64,000 bases of DNA from an uncultured delta proteobacterium (GTDB lineage Bacteria; Myxococcota; Kuafuiibacteriia; Kuafuiibacteriales; Kuafuiibacteriaceae). A program made the position numbers and the translations under genes. Under the pieces are notes generated by a model that saw only the letters and a program-made list of their open reading frames with translations, searched no databases and was not told the origin of the DNA. This document shows, piece by piece, positions 9,910 to 20,096 of this stretch (position 1 is the stretch's first letter; every line of letters begins with the position of its first letter). The stretch is taken from assembly GCA_963803435.1 (NCBI GenBank), contig CAWDML010000003.1:896001-960000 (forward strand). Direction: 5' to 3'.

Positions 9910-11084
9910 TCAGAACTTCACGTAGCAGTGGGTCGCGCCGATGCCGGCGGCGAGCTCCAGGGGCGTGATCTTGCCGTCGCCGTCCGTATCCAGCGCATCA
10001 AAGACGGCGTCCGTGCCGCTCCACTCCTCCCGGGTCACCACGCCGTCGCCGTCGAGGTCGAACGCCTTGAAGAGATTGTCCGCGGCGGTGCAGATGTCGC
10101 GGCCCTCGATGACCTCGATCCGGTCCGCGAGGAAGCTCTCCAGCGACTCGATCGCCTTGCTGAACCCGGTGATGCCCTCGGCGAGCTTCTCGGTCGACAT
10201 CCGATCCTTCTCGTGCAGGTCGCGGAAGACACGCTCACTCATCTCGATCCGGTCGACCTTCGCCTTCTTGGCAGCGTCGGGATCCAGACTGCCGCGGCAG
10301 GGGCTCCTGGATCTCGTGCAGCTCGGCCAGAAACTTGGGCGCGATGGTGAGCAGGTCACAGCCGGCCAGCGCGCGGATCTCGCCGAGCGTGCGGAAGCTC
10401 GCGCCCATGACCTCGGTCTTGTAGCCGAAGTGCTTGTAGTACTCGTAGATCTGCGTCACCGAGACGACGCCCGGATCCTCGTCGGCTGCGTACTCCGCTT
10501 GCCGGTCTCCTTCTTGTACCAGTCGAGGATACGGCCGACGAACGGAGAGATCAGCGTGACGCCGGCCTCGGCGCACGCGATGGCCTGATGGATCCCGAAG
10601 AGCAGCGTCAGGTTGCAGTGGATGCCTTCCTTCTCCAGCTGCTCGGCGGCACGGATCCCCTCCCACGTCGACGCGATCTTGATCAGCACGCGCTCTCTGG
10701 ACGCGCCCGCGGCCTCGTATTGCGCGATCAGATGCGTGCGCCTTGTCGATGGTCGCCGCGGTGTCGTACGAGAGCCGTGCATCGACCTCGGTCGACACGC
10801 GCCCCGGCACGATCTTGAGGATCCGCAGCCCGAACTCGACCGCAGAGCCGATCGACGGCCGCCCGCGCCACCGCTCGGGTCTCGGCGGAGCCGCCGGCCT
10901 GCCGGCGGGAAAACCGGAGCGCGTCGTCGACGACCCCGCGGTACGCCGGCATCTGCGCCGCCGCGGCGATCAGCGAGGGGTTCGTGGTCGCGTCGCGCGG
11001 CTTGAACTGCTCGATCGCTTCGATATCGCCGGTGTCGGCGACGGCGACCGTCATCTCGATCAGCTGGTCGTAGAGGCTCTTCAC
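9910..11084 (-). CDS. tal: Transaldolase with C-terminal EF-hand pair (4 apparent frameshifts)
   Basis: [73 protein letters not shown] are spread over ORF fragments 10728-11084, 10235-10810, 10456-10782 and 9910-10359. EF loops [12 protein letters not shown] and [12 protein letters not shown]. Confidence 0.9.
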
Positions 11085-11103
11085 GCGGGCAGTCTATTCC
11101 GAG

Positions 11104-12462
11104 TCACGGCGGCGTGCACGCCCCTTTGAAGTCGCCGTCGCCGGTGAAGACCGCGTCGTTGCAGGTGTGATTGTTGGCGCTGGTGGCCTCGCATCCGGAC
11201 GGCGTCAGGCTGGAGGTACAGGTCCGGACGCAGACCCCTCCGCTGCCGTCGTCTCCGCAGACCGTGCCCGCCTCGCAGCGGCTCTCTGCCCCGGTGGCGG
11301 TGAGGCAGGGCTCGAGCGGCGGATTCGTGAAGTCCCACTCCGCGATCGGCGGCGTCATGACGTTGAAGCAGAAGGTGAGCGGATAGCCCATCTCGAAGAC
11401 CAGCTCGCGCGTGCAGGTGCTGCCCGCACCGAACGCGCCCGGCCGCGCGCACTCGCTGGGGAACCAGGAGCATTCGTTGCTGCACACGCCGCCCGTGGGG
11501 TTCGCCATGTTGATCTGCCGGCAGACCGCCGGGCCCGCGCCGGGATCGTCGGATGCCGAGCAGTCGGGAGCGGAGAGATCGCAGGTCTCCATGCACATCC
11601 CCGGATCCTTGTTGGCGCTCGGATCGGCCGGGTCGTCGATGCTGTAAGGGATCCCGACGCAGACGAGACTGTCGGTGGCAGACCGATCGCAGAGCCCGAT
11701 CACCGAGCTTCGACTGCAGGTGTCGCCGGGTCCCGCCCGGCGGGCCATGCACAGCCCCGGCGTGGTCTGGCTGTTGAGGATGCCCGGGTTGCAGTACGGG
11801 AACGCGGGCGCGCACGCGTTCGGCCCCGAGGGCGTGTTCGGATCGCACGGACGTCCGCACGAGACCTGGTCGGTCTCGATCAGGAGACCGACGAACGGTG
11901 GGATGCCGATCAGGCCGGGCTCGCACCCGGTCATCGGCACCTGGCGGAGGCGGCTGATGTCGGCCAGCTCGCCCTCGCCGACGTCGCGCGAGACGCAGCC
12001 GGTGCTCCCGCCGAACACCGGACGGCACAGCGTGTTGCCGACGGGCGAGGTGCTGCAATCGTCGTCGCTCGTGCAGGTTCGAACGCAGAGGAACAGTCGA
12101 TCCTGTGGCGCCACCAGCCCGCCGCTGGAGTCGAGGCACACCAGGCCCGGATTGTTGCAGGCGCCGCCGAGCCCGCACAGGCAGCCCTCGTCGCCGTCGG
12201 GGCACGGCGACATGCCCGCGTCCGCTGCACCGGCGTCGTCGATGACGAGGCCTCCGTCCCGAGGAGGGCCGGCGTCGGTGGTGGCAGCGTCCTTCTTGTC
12301 GGGAGGGATGACGCCGGTGTCGCCGGCACCGGCGTCGGGGGCGGCTTCGAACGGCGTTTCGGCGTCCGGACTGGAGTCGGCGGGGACGGCTCCCGGTTCG
12401 CTGCAGGCGACGAGGGAGACGAGAAGGAGGGCAGCCCGGCGCACGCCCGACCGATCATCCAT
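11104..12462 (-). CDS. Cys-rich lipoprotein (myxobacterial disulfide-rich type)
   Basis: Lipobox LVAC, PDAG/DAG linker, numerous Cys in repeated C-x(2-4)-C modules. Confidence 0.75.
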   Translation of the reverse strand: MDDRSGVRRAALLLVSLVACSEPGAVPADSSPDAETPFEAAPDAGAGDTGVIPPDKKDAATTDAGPPRDGGLVIDDAGAADAGMSPCPDGDEGCLCGLGGACNNPGLVCLDSSGGLVAPQDRLFLCVRTCTSDDDCSTSPVGNTLCRPVFGGSTGCVSRDVGEGELADISRLRQVPMTGCEPGLIGIPPFVGLLIETDQVSCGRPCDPNTPSGPNACAPAFPYCNPGILNSQTTPGLCMARRAGPGDTCSRSSVIGLCDRSATDSLVCVGIPYSIDDPADPSANKDPGMCMETCDLSAPDCSASDDPGAGPAVCRQINMANPTGGVCSNECSWFPSECARPGAFGAGSTCTRELVFEMGYPLTFCFNVMTPPIAEWDFTNPPLEPCLTATGAESRCEAGTVCGDDGSGGVCVRTCTSSLTPSGCEATSANNHTCNDAVFTGDGDFKGACTPP

Positions 12463-12478
12463 CAGCCGGGCGGCGCGC

Positions 12479-14131
12479 TCAATGCGCGAGCGGGTAGACC
12501 GGCCGCAGGTCGACCGGGACGTTGCCCACGTTGGCCAGGGCCTGCTCCATCGGCTTCGACATCACCCCATAGCGGGCCAGGAGCGCGTCCACCCCGGCCT
12601 TGTCGCCGGCGTGTTGGAGCATGCACAGGTCGGTGACAAGCTTCCCGATCGACTTCTCGAGCTGGTCCATGTTCACGGTGAAGCGCCCGGTCTTCTCGTC
12701 GAAGGTCGCACCGCCCTCCTCGAGGTAGCGGTTGATCTGCATCGCCGCGCCCTGGCCGTGGGCCTCCGCGACGCCGAAGCGGACGCTCCGGAAGAGGCCG
12801 CTGAAGTACGATACCAGGAGCTGGTCGCGGAGCTCCTTGGGGAACTCGCCCTTCTCGATCATGAACAGGATGTTATAGGCGCCCATGACGTCCGCCTTGC
12901 TCTCCTCGATCGCCGAGTAGCTGGCCTCGAGCGCCACGCGGACCTCGACCTCCTTGCCGTCGCGCATCGTGAACGCCGGGCCCAGGCTGTGGCTCAGCTC
13001 GTGGAAGAGGATCTCGTCGAAGAAGGCCTCCGAGGACAGGTACGACAGCTGCGATTCGTTGAGGATCTTCTCGGCGATCGGCCGCATGATCCGATCGAAC
13101 TTGGTCTCGATGATGTTCCTGAGCATCACCTTCTTTGCGCCCTTCTCCTTGCGCACGCGCTCGTCGTTGGGGAGGTTGAACGCGATGGTCTGTACGGACT
13201 TGCGCGCGTCGCCGGACGTGTACACCAGATCGACCACACGGATGGGGCTCTCGCTGCCGCGGACCGTCTTGACCTCGTCGGGGATCGGGAGGTGCTGCTC
13301 CATGTCCGGCAGCAGCTCCTTGTAGTGGGCCAGCTTCTGGGACTCCTTCGGATCGCTCACGGTCACAAAGGACTCGAAGGACGCCTTGAGGCCCATCAGC
13401 TCGTCCTCGTAGGTCTCGTAGGGCCCGATCGTCACCTCGACCATCGACTCGAGATCCATCCAGGCCTTGTCAGACTCGTAGTAGTCGTCGCTCAGGAACG
13501 CGTCGGCGCGGAGCTCGAGGAACCTCTTGAGCGACGCGTTCTGGGTGAGCGCGGCCGCCTCCTTGAGCTTGGCCGCGGCCGGCTTCAACCACTCCGCGTA
13601 CTCCTGGCTGAACGGCACCGCCACCAACTTGTCGCCGTCCCGCTTCACCACGGTGAACAGGCTCTCGAGCGACGCCTTCTGATCCGGGTGCGCCTCGATG
13701 TACGACTTCAGCTCCTCGGCCGTCAGGTCGGGAGGATAGAACCCGGCGCCCTTCGGATGCGGCATCTCGGTGGCGAACGCCGAGAACTCGTTCTGGCGAT
13801 CCCAGGGGCCGCGCATGATGTCGAAGTAGGCGAGCTTGGCCTTCCCCTCCTCGGACTGATCCTTCGCCAGCTTCGCCCGCAGCTCCGGGTTCTGGACGTA
13901 GACCTGCCGATCGAAGACCGGATCGAGGAGCTTGGCCGCCTCGATGATCTTCTCGAGCGCCTCCCGCTCGCTGTCCGGGAGCGCCGCGACGTCGGCGGTC
14001 AGCTCCGCCTCTGCGAACTGAGCGACCTTCATGGTGAGCCCTCCTTCGCCCCGCTCGACGCTGTTCGCTTGAGTAGAAGCGCACGCGCCGAGGAGCGGCG
14101 CGAAGGTGGTGAGCAATGCCAGTGTTCTCAC
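12479..14131 (-). CDS. Lipoprotein peptidase family M49 (dipeptidyl-peptidase III-like, HExxH type)
   Basis: Lipobox LGAC; IGPYETYEDEL, QTIAFNLPNDERV, LFHELSHSLGP, EESKAD motifs. Confidence 0.85.
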   Translation of the reverse strand: MRTLALLTTFAPLLGACASTQANSVERGEGGLTMKVAQFAEAELTADVAALPDSEREALEKIIEAAKLLDPVFDRQVYVQNPELRAKLAKDQSEEGKAKLAYFDIMRGPWDRQNEFSAFATEMPHPKGAGFYPPDLTAEELKSYIEAHPDQKASLESLFTVVKRDGDKLVAVPFSQEYAEWLKPAAAKLKEAAALTQNASLKRFLELRADAFLSDDYYESDKAWMDLESMVEVTIGPYETYEDELMGLKASFESFVTVSDPKESQKLAHYKELLPDMEQHLPIPDEVKTVRGSESPIRVVDLVYTSGDARKSVQTIAFNLPNDERVRKEKGAKKVMLRNIIETKFDRIMRPIAEKILNESQLSYLSSEAFFDEILFHELSHSLGPAFTMRDGKEVEVRVALEASYSAIEESKADVMGAYNILFMIEKGEFPKELRDQLLVSYFSGLFRSVRFGVAEAHGQGAAMQINRYLEEGGATFDEKTGRFTVNMDQLEKSIGKLVTDLCMLQHAGDKAGVDALLARYGVMSKPMEQALANVGNVPVDLRPVYPLAH

Positions 14132-14164
14132 GCCCCAGGGCTTAGGCCGCTCGGAGGCGAAGAC

Positions 14165-14860
14165 TCAAGCGCTTTTCACGTTCTTGAGGGCCTCGCGCTT
14201 GGACAGCCCCGACAAACGGTCCGCATTCTCCGCGACATATCGCGACACCTCGTCCGGCCGATACCAGGCCAGCTCCCGGAGCGCCCAGCCGATCGCCTTC
14301 CGGAGGAAGAACTCGTTGGACCCGATCGACGGCTCGATGCAGTCGTAGAGGAGCTCGAGGTCGGTCTCTCCGTGGAAGCGGTTCTGGCAGAGGATCGCGG
14401 TCCGCCGCTTCCACAGGTCCTTTGATCGGGACCATGTTCGCATCGTTCGCTTCATCGGCGGTGGGTGGGACCGGAGGAGCGCTCCGACGCGGTGAGTCGC
14501 GATGAGATCCACGTAGTCCCACCACGCACCCGCGACGATCATCTCCTCGAGCATCGGCATCGACGCCAGGTCGAGATAGCTCCGATAAGGCCGCCAGCCG
14601 GTGAGCTCGAGCGCGGCGTATCGCACCTCCCGGTGGTGGGCGCCGCGCCAGAGCGCGAGGCAGGTGTCGCGCCAGTCGAGGGCGTCGCGGAGGGTCTCGG
14701 TCGAGAAGGCCTCTTTGCACGCCTCGCGCATGGGCTTCGCCGCGACGCCGAGATACGGCATCTCGGACTTCATGTATGCCTGCATCTGGGGAGCCCGCTC
14801 GGGATCGGCGCGGGCCGCGAGGGCCTGTTCGACGGCGCGGATGAGCTTCGGTCGGATCAC
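14165..14860 (-). CDS. DNA alkylation repair protein (AlkD-like HEAT-repeat glycosylase family)
   Basis: MQAYMKS, REVRY, WWDYVD, LWKRRTAI, EFFLRKAIGWALR, LSKREALK. Confidence 0.9.
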   Translation of the reverse strand: MIRPKLIRAVEQALAARADPERAPQMQAYMKSEMPYLGVAAKPMREACKEAFSTETLRDALDWRDTCLALWRGAHHREVRYAALELTGWRPYRSYLDLASMPMLEEMIVAGAWWDYVDLIATHRVGALLRSHPPPMKRTMRTWSRSKDLWKRRTAILCQNRFHGETDLELLYDCIEPSIGSNEFFLRKAIGWALRELAWYRPDEVSRYVAENADRLSGLSKREALKNVKSA

Positions 14861-14864
14861 GCGA

Positions 14865-15176
14865 TCAGGAGCAGAACAGATTCACGCCGCCCGGGAACTG
14901 GGTGGCACAGGCGTTCATGACGTCGAGGCTACACTCCTTCGAAGCCTCCAGGCAGCGGACGTAGCCTTCGAACTGGCGGAGCTGCGCCTGGTTGCAGGTC
15001 TCGGTCTTCGCCTCGCAGCTCGGATCGGGCGACCAGGTCACGTCGGTCGCGCCGCTCGTGCAGTGTCGTTCGAGCCAGCGATCCTTCCGCTCGCACAGCG
15101 AGGATCGGCACGACGCGGCGAAGACGGGGACCAGGATCGCGAACAGGAGGAGCCCGAGGTGCTTGTTGGTGTCCAT
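14865..15176 (-). CDS. Small Cys-rich lipoprotein, hypothetical
   Basis: Hydrophobic signal ending FAASC and multiple Cys. TATACT hexamer 10 nt upstream of ATG. Confidence 0.65.
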   Translation of the reverse strand: MDTNKHLGLLLFAILVPVFAASCRSSLCERKDRWLERHCTSGATDVTWSPDPSCEAKTETCNQAQLRQFEGYVRCLEASKECSLDVMNACATQFPGGVNLFCS

Positions 15177-15292
15177 GCGGCGGTGGAGTATAGGCCGGCG
15201 CCGCCCGCCGAGGAACCCAGCGCGATCCCGTGCGGGCACTCACGGCGGAGGCTGGACTCTCGGCCCGGTCCGAGGGATGACGGCGGGCGGGT

Positions 15293-15961
15293 TTGGGTCC
15301 GAGGCGATACCGATACATCGTGGTCGAGGGCGTCATCGGCGTCGGCAAGACGACCCTGGTGCACCAGCTGACGCGCCACCTGAAAGCGCGGGCGGTGCTC
15401 GAGGAGTTCGAAGAGAACCCGTTTCTGCCCGACTTCTACCGCGATCGCCGCGCCTTCGCGCTCTCGACGCAGCTCTTCTTCCTGATGTCGCGATTTCGCC
15501 AACAGGAGGTCTTGGCGCAGGGCGACCTCTTTCGCGCCCGGACGGTCTCCGACTACCTGTTCGACAAAGATCGCATCTTCGCGACGCTCACGCTCGACGA
15601 GCACGAGCTCGGGATCCACGACCGTCTCTTCGACGTGCTGCGGACGCAGGTGCCCGAGCCCGATCTGGTGATCCATCTCTTCGCAGACGATCGAACGGTG
15701 ATGCGGAGGATCATGGAGCGCGGGCGCGCCTACGAGCTCAACATGGATCCGGCGTACATCGAGCAGCTGACCCGGGCCTACCGCGAGTTTTTGCGCGGCT
15801 GGGATCGCTGCCCGATCCTCCACGTGGACACCCAGATGATCGACTTCCGGCAGGGCTCGCCCGCCCTCGAGCAGCTCGTGCAGATGATCGAGACCGGTCG
15901 CGAGGCCGTCGAGCTCACGCCCAATCTCGACGAGGATCCAAACCGTCGCTTCGCTTTCTGA
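15293..15961 (+). CDS. Deoxynucleoside kinase (dCK/dGK family)
   Basis: YIVVEGVIGVGKTT P-loop, ENPFLPDFY, QLFFLMSRF, DYLFDKDRIFA, ERGRAYE. Confidence 0.92.
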   Translation: MGPRRYRYIVVEGVIGVGKTTLVHQLTRHLKARAVLEEFEENPFLPDFYRDRRAFALSTQLFFLMSRFRQQEVLAQGDLFRARTVSDYLFDKDRIFATLTLDEHELGIHDRLFDVLRTQVPEPDLVIHLFADDRTVMRRIMERGRAYELNMDPAYIEQLTRAYREFLRGWDRCPILHVDTQMIDFRQGSPALEQLVQMIETGREAVELTPNLDEDPNRRFAF

Positions 15962-16005
15962 TTGGGGGTTGACGCTCGGCTCGATCTGCGGGACCGAGCG
16001 GACCC

Positions 16006-17409
16006 GTGAGACTCGAGCTTGCCGGTGGGCGAAGACGGCGCTTCGCCGGATTTCGCGCCTTCCTGATCCTGATCCTCCTCGGAGGGATCGGAGCCGGCGC
16101 CCTCGTCTCGCTCCGCGTCGGCGATCCGCCCGCGGTGAAGATCGAGCCGTCGCTCCCGGCGATCGGCAAGCACACCGAGATCGAGATCGCGGTGACGGAG
16201 CCGAAGCGCGGCGTCTCGGAGATCGCCGTCGAGTTCGTCCAAGGGGACCGGACGGAGAAGCTGGCCGAGGCCTCGTTCGTGCCGCAGCCTCCGTGGGCGC
16301 TCTGGGCGCCCAAGACCGAGTCCCACCGCCTCACCGTCACGGTGGGCCGCGACACCATCAAGGGCCTGCAGGCCGGCGAGGGGATCGTCCGCGTCACGGC
16401 GGCCCGGGCCGGGACCTGGATCCAGCACCCGGAGCCGGTGGTCGAGTCGGTGACGTTGCCGGTGCGCATCAGCCCGCCCACCCTCGAGGTGATCTCCAGC
16501 CAGACGTACGTGGCGCAGGGCGGCTGCGAGGTGGTCGTCTACAAGGTGGGGCCGTCGGCGGTGCGCCACGGCGTGGTGGCCCGGGATCGATTTTTCGCCG
16601 GCTACGACCTGCCGGGATCGACCTCCAGCGAGAAGTTCTCGATCTTCGCGATCCCGTATGATCTCGACGACGCCACGGACGTCAAGCTGACCGCCGTCGA
16701 CGACGTGGGGAACGACGTCTCCGTCGCCTTCATCGATCACTTCACGCCGAGGCCGTTCAAGACGGACACCATCGACGTCACCGATAACTTCATGAACCAG
16801 GTGGTGCCTCGGATCATGGCCAGCACGCCGAGCTTCAAGGATCGGGGCTCGATGCTCGCCAACTACGTCGCGATCAACTCGGAGATGCGCAAGGACAACG
16901 ACCGCCGCCTGCGCGAGCTCGCGAAGACCTCCGCCGACAAGTTCTACTGGCACCAGGCCTTCCTGCAGATGAACGCGCAGGTCGTGTCGCACTTCGCCGA
17001 TCGGCGGACGTATGTGTATCAGGGCAAGGAGATCGACAAGGAGGACCACCTGGGCTTCGATCTCGCGTCGATCGCCAAGGCTGCCATCCCGGCGTCGAAC
17101 GACGGCGTGGTGGTGCTGTCCGAGTACTTCGGGATCTTCGGCAACGCGGTGGTGATCGATCACGGTTTCGGCTTGATGAGCCTGTACGGTCACCTGTCGC
17201 AGGCCAACGTGAAGGTCGGTGACACCGTGAAGCGGGGGCAGACCATCGGCAACACCGGTGCGACCGGGCTGGCGCTCGGCGACCATCTGCACTTCACGAT
17301 CCTGCTGCACGGGTTGCCGGTCACGCCCATCGAGTGGTGGGACAAGCATTGGATCAAGGACCGGATCGCGCCCAAGCTGGGCGCCGCGCTGGGCTTCGTC
17401 GAGGAATGA
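16006..17409 (+). CDS. M23 family metallopeptidase (membrane-anchored peptidoglycan endopeptidase)
   Basis: N-terminal TM; HLGFDLA (HxxxD), GNAVVIDHG, LYGHLS, GDHLHF (HxH). Confidence 0.92.
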   Translation: MRLELAGGRRRRFAGFRAFLILILLGGIGAGALVSLRVGDPPAVKIEPSLPAIGKHTEIEIAVTEPKRGVSEIAVEFVQGDRTEKLAEASFVPQPPWALWAPKTESHRLTVTVGRDTIKGLQAGEGIVRVTAARAGTWIQHPEPVVESVTLPVRISPPTLEVISSQTYVAQGGCEVVVYKVGPSAVRHGVVARDRFFAGYDLPGSTSSEKFSIFAIPYDLDDATDVKLTAVDDVGNDVSVAFIDHFTPRPFKTDTIDVTDNFMNQVVPRIMASTPSFKDRGSMLANYVAINSEMRKDNDRRLRELAKTSADKFYWHQAFLQMNAQVVSHFADRRTYVYQGKEIDKEDHLGFDLASIAKAAIPASNDGVVVLSEYFGIFGNAVVIDHGFGLMSLYGHLSQANVKVGDTVKRGQTIGNTGATGLALGDHLHFTILLHGLPVTPIEWWDKHWIKDRIAPKLGAALGFVEE

Positions 17410-17410
17410 C

Positions 17411-18259
17411 GTGGGCAAGAAGAAGGACAAGAAGAAGAAAAAGAAGAAGAAGAATCGGGTCACCCTGGCGTCGAAGGCCGACAGATACCGTCTGTACCTC
17501 GACTCGGTTCAGGCTCCTGATGTCGACGTCGAGTACTTCGATCAGATGTACCGCGACGTGTTCAAGAAGCGCGCCCGTGTGCTGCGCGAGGACTTCTGCG
17601 GCACGGCCGGCGTCTGTTGCGAATGGGTGAAGCTCTCCAACAAGAACTTCGCGTACGGGGTGGATCTCGATCCGGAGCCGCTCGCGTGGGGCCGGGAGCA
17701 CAACCTCTCTCAGCTCGACGAGAAGGACCGCGAACGCGTGCATCTGATCGAGGGCGACGTCAGGACCGCGAAGTCGCCGCCGGCGGACGTGCTGTGCGCG
17801 CAGAACTTCTCGTACTTCCTGTTCAAGACCCGCGAGGAGCTGCGGCGGTACTTCAAGAAGGCGTACCAGCAGGTCGCTGAGCGCGGGCTGTTCATCGTGG
17901 ATCTGTTCGGCGGCTACGAGTCGATGGAGGACAACCGCGAGGACATCACCGAGCACGACGGCTGGGACTACGTCTGGGATCAGGACAAGTTCGATCCCAT
18001 CACCCACGACGCGCTGTTCCACATCCACTTCCGCTTCAAGGATGGAAGCGAGCTGAAGAAGGCGTTCACCTACGAGTGGCGGTTCTGGACCATCCCGGAG
18101 GTTCGCGAGGTGATGTGCGAGGTGGGCTTCGAGCGGGCCGACGTCTACTGGGAAGGTACGGACGAGGACGGCGAGGGCGACGGCGACTTCAAGATCGCTG
18201 AGCACGGAGAGTGCGACCCGTCCTGGAATGCCTACGTGATCGGCGTGAAGGGCGGCTGA
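17411..18259 (+). CDS. Class I SAM-dependent methyltransferase with Lys-rich N-terminus
   Basis: LREDFCGTA motif I variant, GVDLD, EGDV, CAQNFSY. GTG start just after upstream stop. Confidence 0.8.
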   Translation: MGKKKDKKKKKKKKNRVTLASKADRYRLYLDSVQAPDVDVEYFDQMYRDVFKKRARVLREDFCGTAGVCCEWVKLSNKNFAYGVDLDPEPLAWGREHNLSQLDEKDRERVHLIEGDVRTAKSPPADVLCAQNFSYFLFKTREELRRYFKKAYQQVAERGLFIVDLFGGYESMEDNREDITEHDGWDYVWDQDKFDPITHDALFHIHFRFKDGSELKKAFTYEWRFWTIPEVREVMCEVGFERADVYWEGTDEDGEGDGDFKIAEHGECDPSWNAYVIGVKGG

Positions 18260-18260
18260 G

Positions 18261-20028
18261 TCACTCTCCGCCGAGCTCGCCGGTGCCCGTCTCGGCCCAC
18301 GTCTTCACGAAGTGGAACAGCTGCCCGCGGGCGGCTGCGTAGGCCGCGTGCGATCGGTCGTGGAAGAGGTCGTGCCCCGCATCGTCGTGCTGGCTCCATC
18401 CGCGGCGCGTCACCGGCGCCACCCCCGTGGTGAGGCCTTCGATCGGGCGGTAGACGGGCTCGACCTGTGGGAGGCTCATCGCGCGCGCGAGCGCGACCGA
18501 TGCGGCCGGCGGCACCACCGTGTCCTGGAGCGCGGTGATGAGATAGATCTGCTTGTCGAGTGAGCGGGAGGCGTAGTTGCTCGGATCGCCGCGGTCCATC
18601 GCCGCCTGCGCGACGCTCGTGAACAGCTGCGTCGGGAACCCATCGAACTGGAACCCTGAGAGCACGCGATCGAAGAACTCGAGCAGCGTTCCACCGCCGA
18701 CCAGCAAGGCCGCGCCCTCGAAGCGCGGCTCGATCCCCATGACGGCGGCGCCGATGATCGCCCCCAGCGACTCGCCGACGTAGAGGATGCGCGAGCTGTC
18801 CAACTGCGGCTCGCCGTCGCCCAAGAGATCGATCTTGGCGAGCTCGTCGATCACCCGGATCAGGTAGACCTGATCGGTCTCCGCCTGGCGGAAGTTGTCG
18901 AGGATCAGGGCGGGCTCGGCGATGTTGAGGAAGCGCGTCGCCGCGTTGCCGGGGCGATCCGTGCGGTAGCCGTGGAGCGCGCCATCCATGGCCACCACCG
19001 CCACGCCGCCCTCGGCAAACCCTTCGGCGTAGTCGAAGACCAGCTCCTTGGCAGCACCGATCCCGTGGTGGAAGACGACGATGGGGAAGGGACCCGTGCC
19101 CTTGGGGACCAGGATCACGACCTCCACATCCTCCGTCCCCTGGAGCTGGGCCCCGTGCTCGTCGACGACCATGCGTCCGTCGAGCTCCTCACGGAAGTTC
19201 GGCAGGGCGAAGCGCGCGCGCACCAGGGCGCGGACCGCGGGATACTCACGATCGCTGGGGACGTTGCCGCGCGGGTCGGATGTGATGTCGAAGTAGACGT
19301 CCGGCTCGCCGTTCTCGTCGGCGTCGAGGATGAGCTCGGGCGTGGGCTGTGTCCGCTGCGCGGAGGCCAGCACCTCTGTCTGCTCGAAGATCGATTGAGT
19401 GGTGAAGACGTCCGCGACGAGCACGTCGTCGATCGAGATCCCAGCCGGGCTCGAGATCCTCGGCGAGCCCCGAGAGGCGATCGAGGCCGTCGAGCGCGTC
19501 GTCGAAGGCGGCTGGCCGCGCGAACCGCTCGCCGTTCACGGTCTCGAGGCCCGCCGTCAGCACGATCGCGTGGCGGGTCTCCGGCGAGAGCGGCATCAAC
19601 GGGCGCGCGGTGAGCCAGTCGACCTTCTTGCCGTAGTCGGTCTGCCCGTCGATCGCGTCGTTGAGCGTGGCGACGACCTGGTGGGCGTCGAGATCCACCA
19701 GGACGAGATGGCTGGCACCGTCGTCGGATGCGGGCTCGGAGAGCGGCGCGAACACCGGGCCCAGCGTCGACCAGCCGTCCTTCTCGTTGATGGTGCTGAT
19801 GAAGTCGGGTCCCAAAAGGTAGAGCGCCTCATCCACGTCTCCGAGATTCGTGCCCTGGGGACCGACGACGAGCCGCTGGCCCGTGGGCGTATCCGCCGGG
19901 GTTCCCAGCGCGTCGGTGGGGAAGGGCAGGATGGGCCGGCCGGACGTCGCGAACGGCAGCGCGGGTCCCGTCTCCTCTGGGCTCGAGCAGGCGATGAGGA
20001 GGAGCGGGAGGAGGAGAAGGGGACGCAT
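18261..20028 (-). CDS. Lipoprotein alpha/beta hydrolase (Ig-like plus lipase/esterase domain), frameshift near 19448
   Basis: Lipobox LIAC, PFPTD, VVFHHGIG, HGYR, DNFRQ, YVGESLGAI nucleophile, DTVVP, GHD. Removing one C at about 19448 joins ORF 19246-20028 to 18261-19424. Confidence 0.75.
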
Positions 20029-20096
20029 GCCTTTGTGGACCGTAGTCCTCAGCGATCACGCGGCACAATTACGGCGAGGTTACATGTGAGGAAGAG

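Noticed and set aside
9910-11084. Programmed frameshifting or a true pseudogene in transaldolase
   Set aside because: Four scattered indels without slippery heptamers, intact catalytic motifs and similar indels in unrelated genes point to sequence error.
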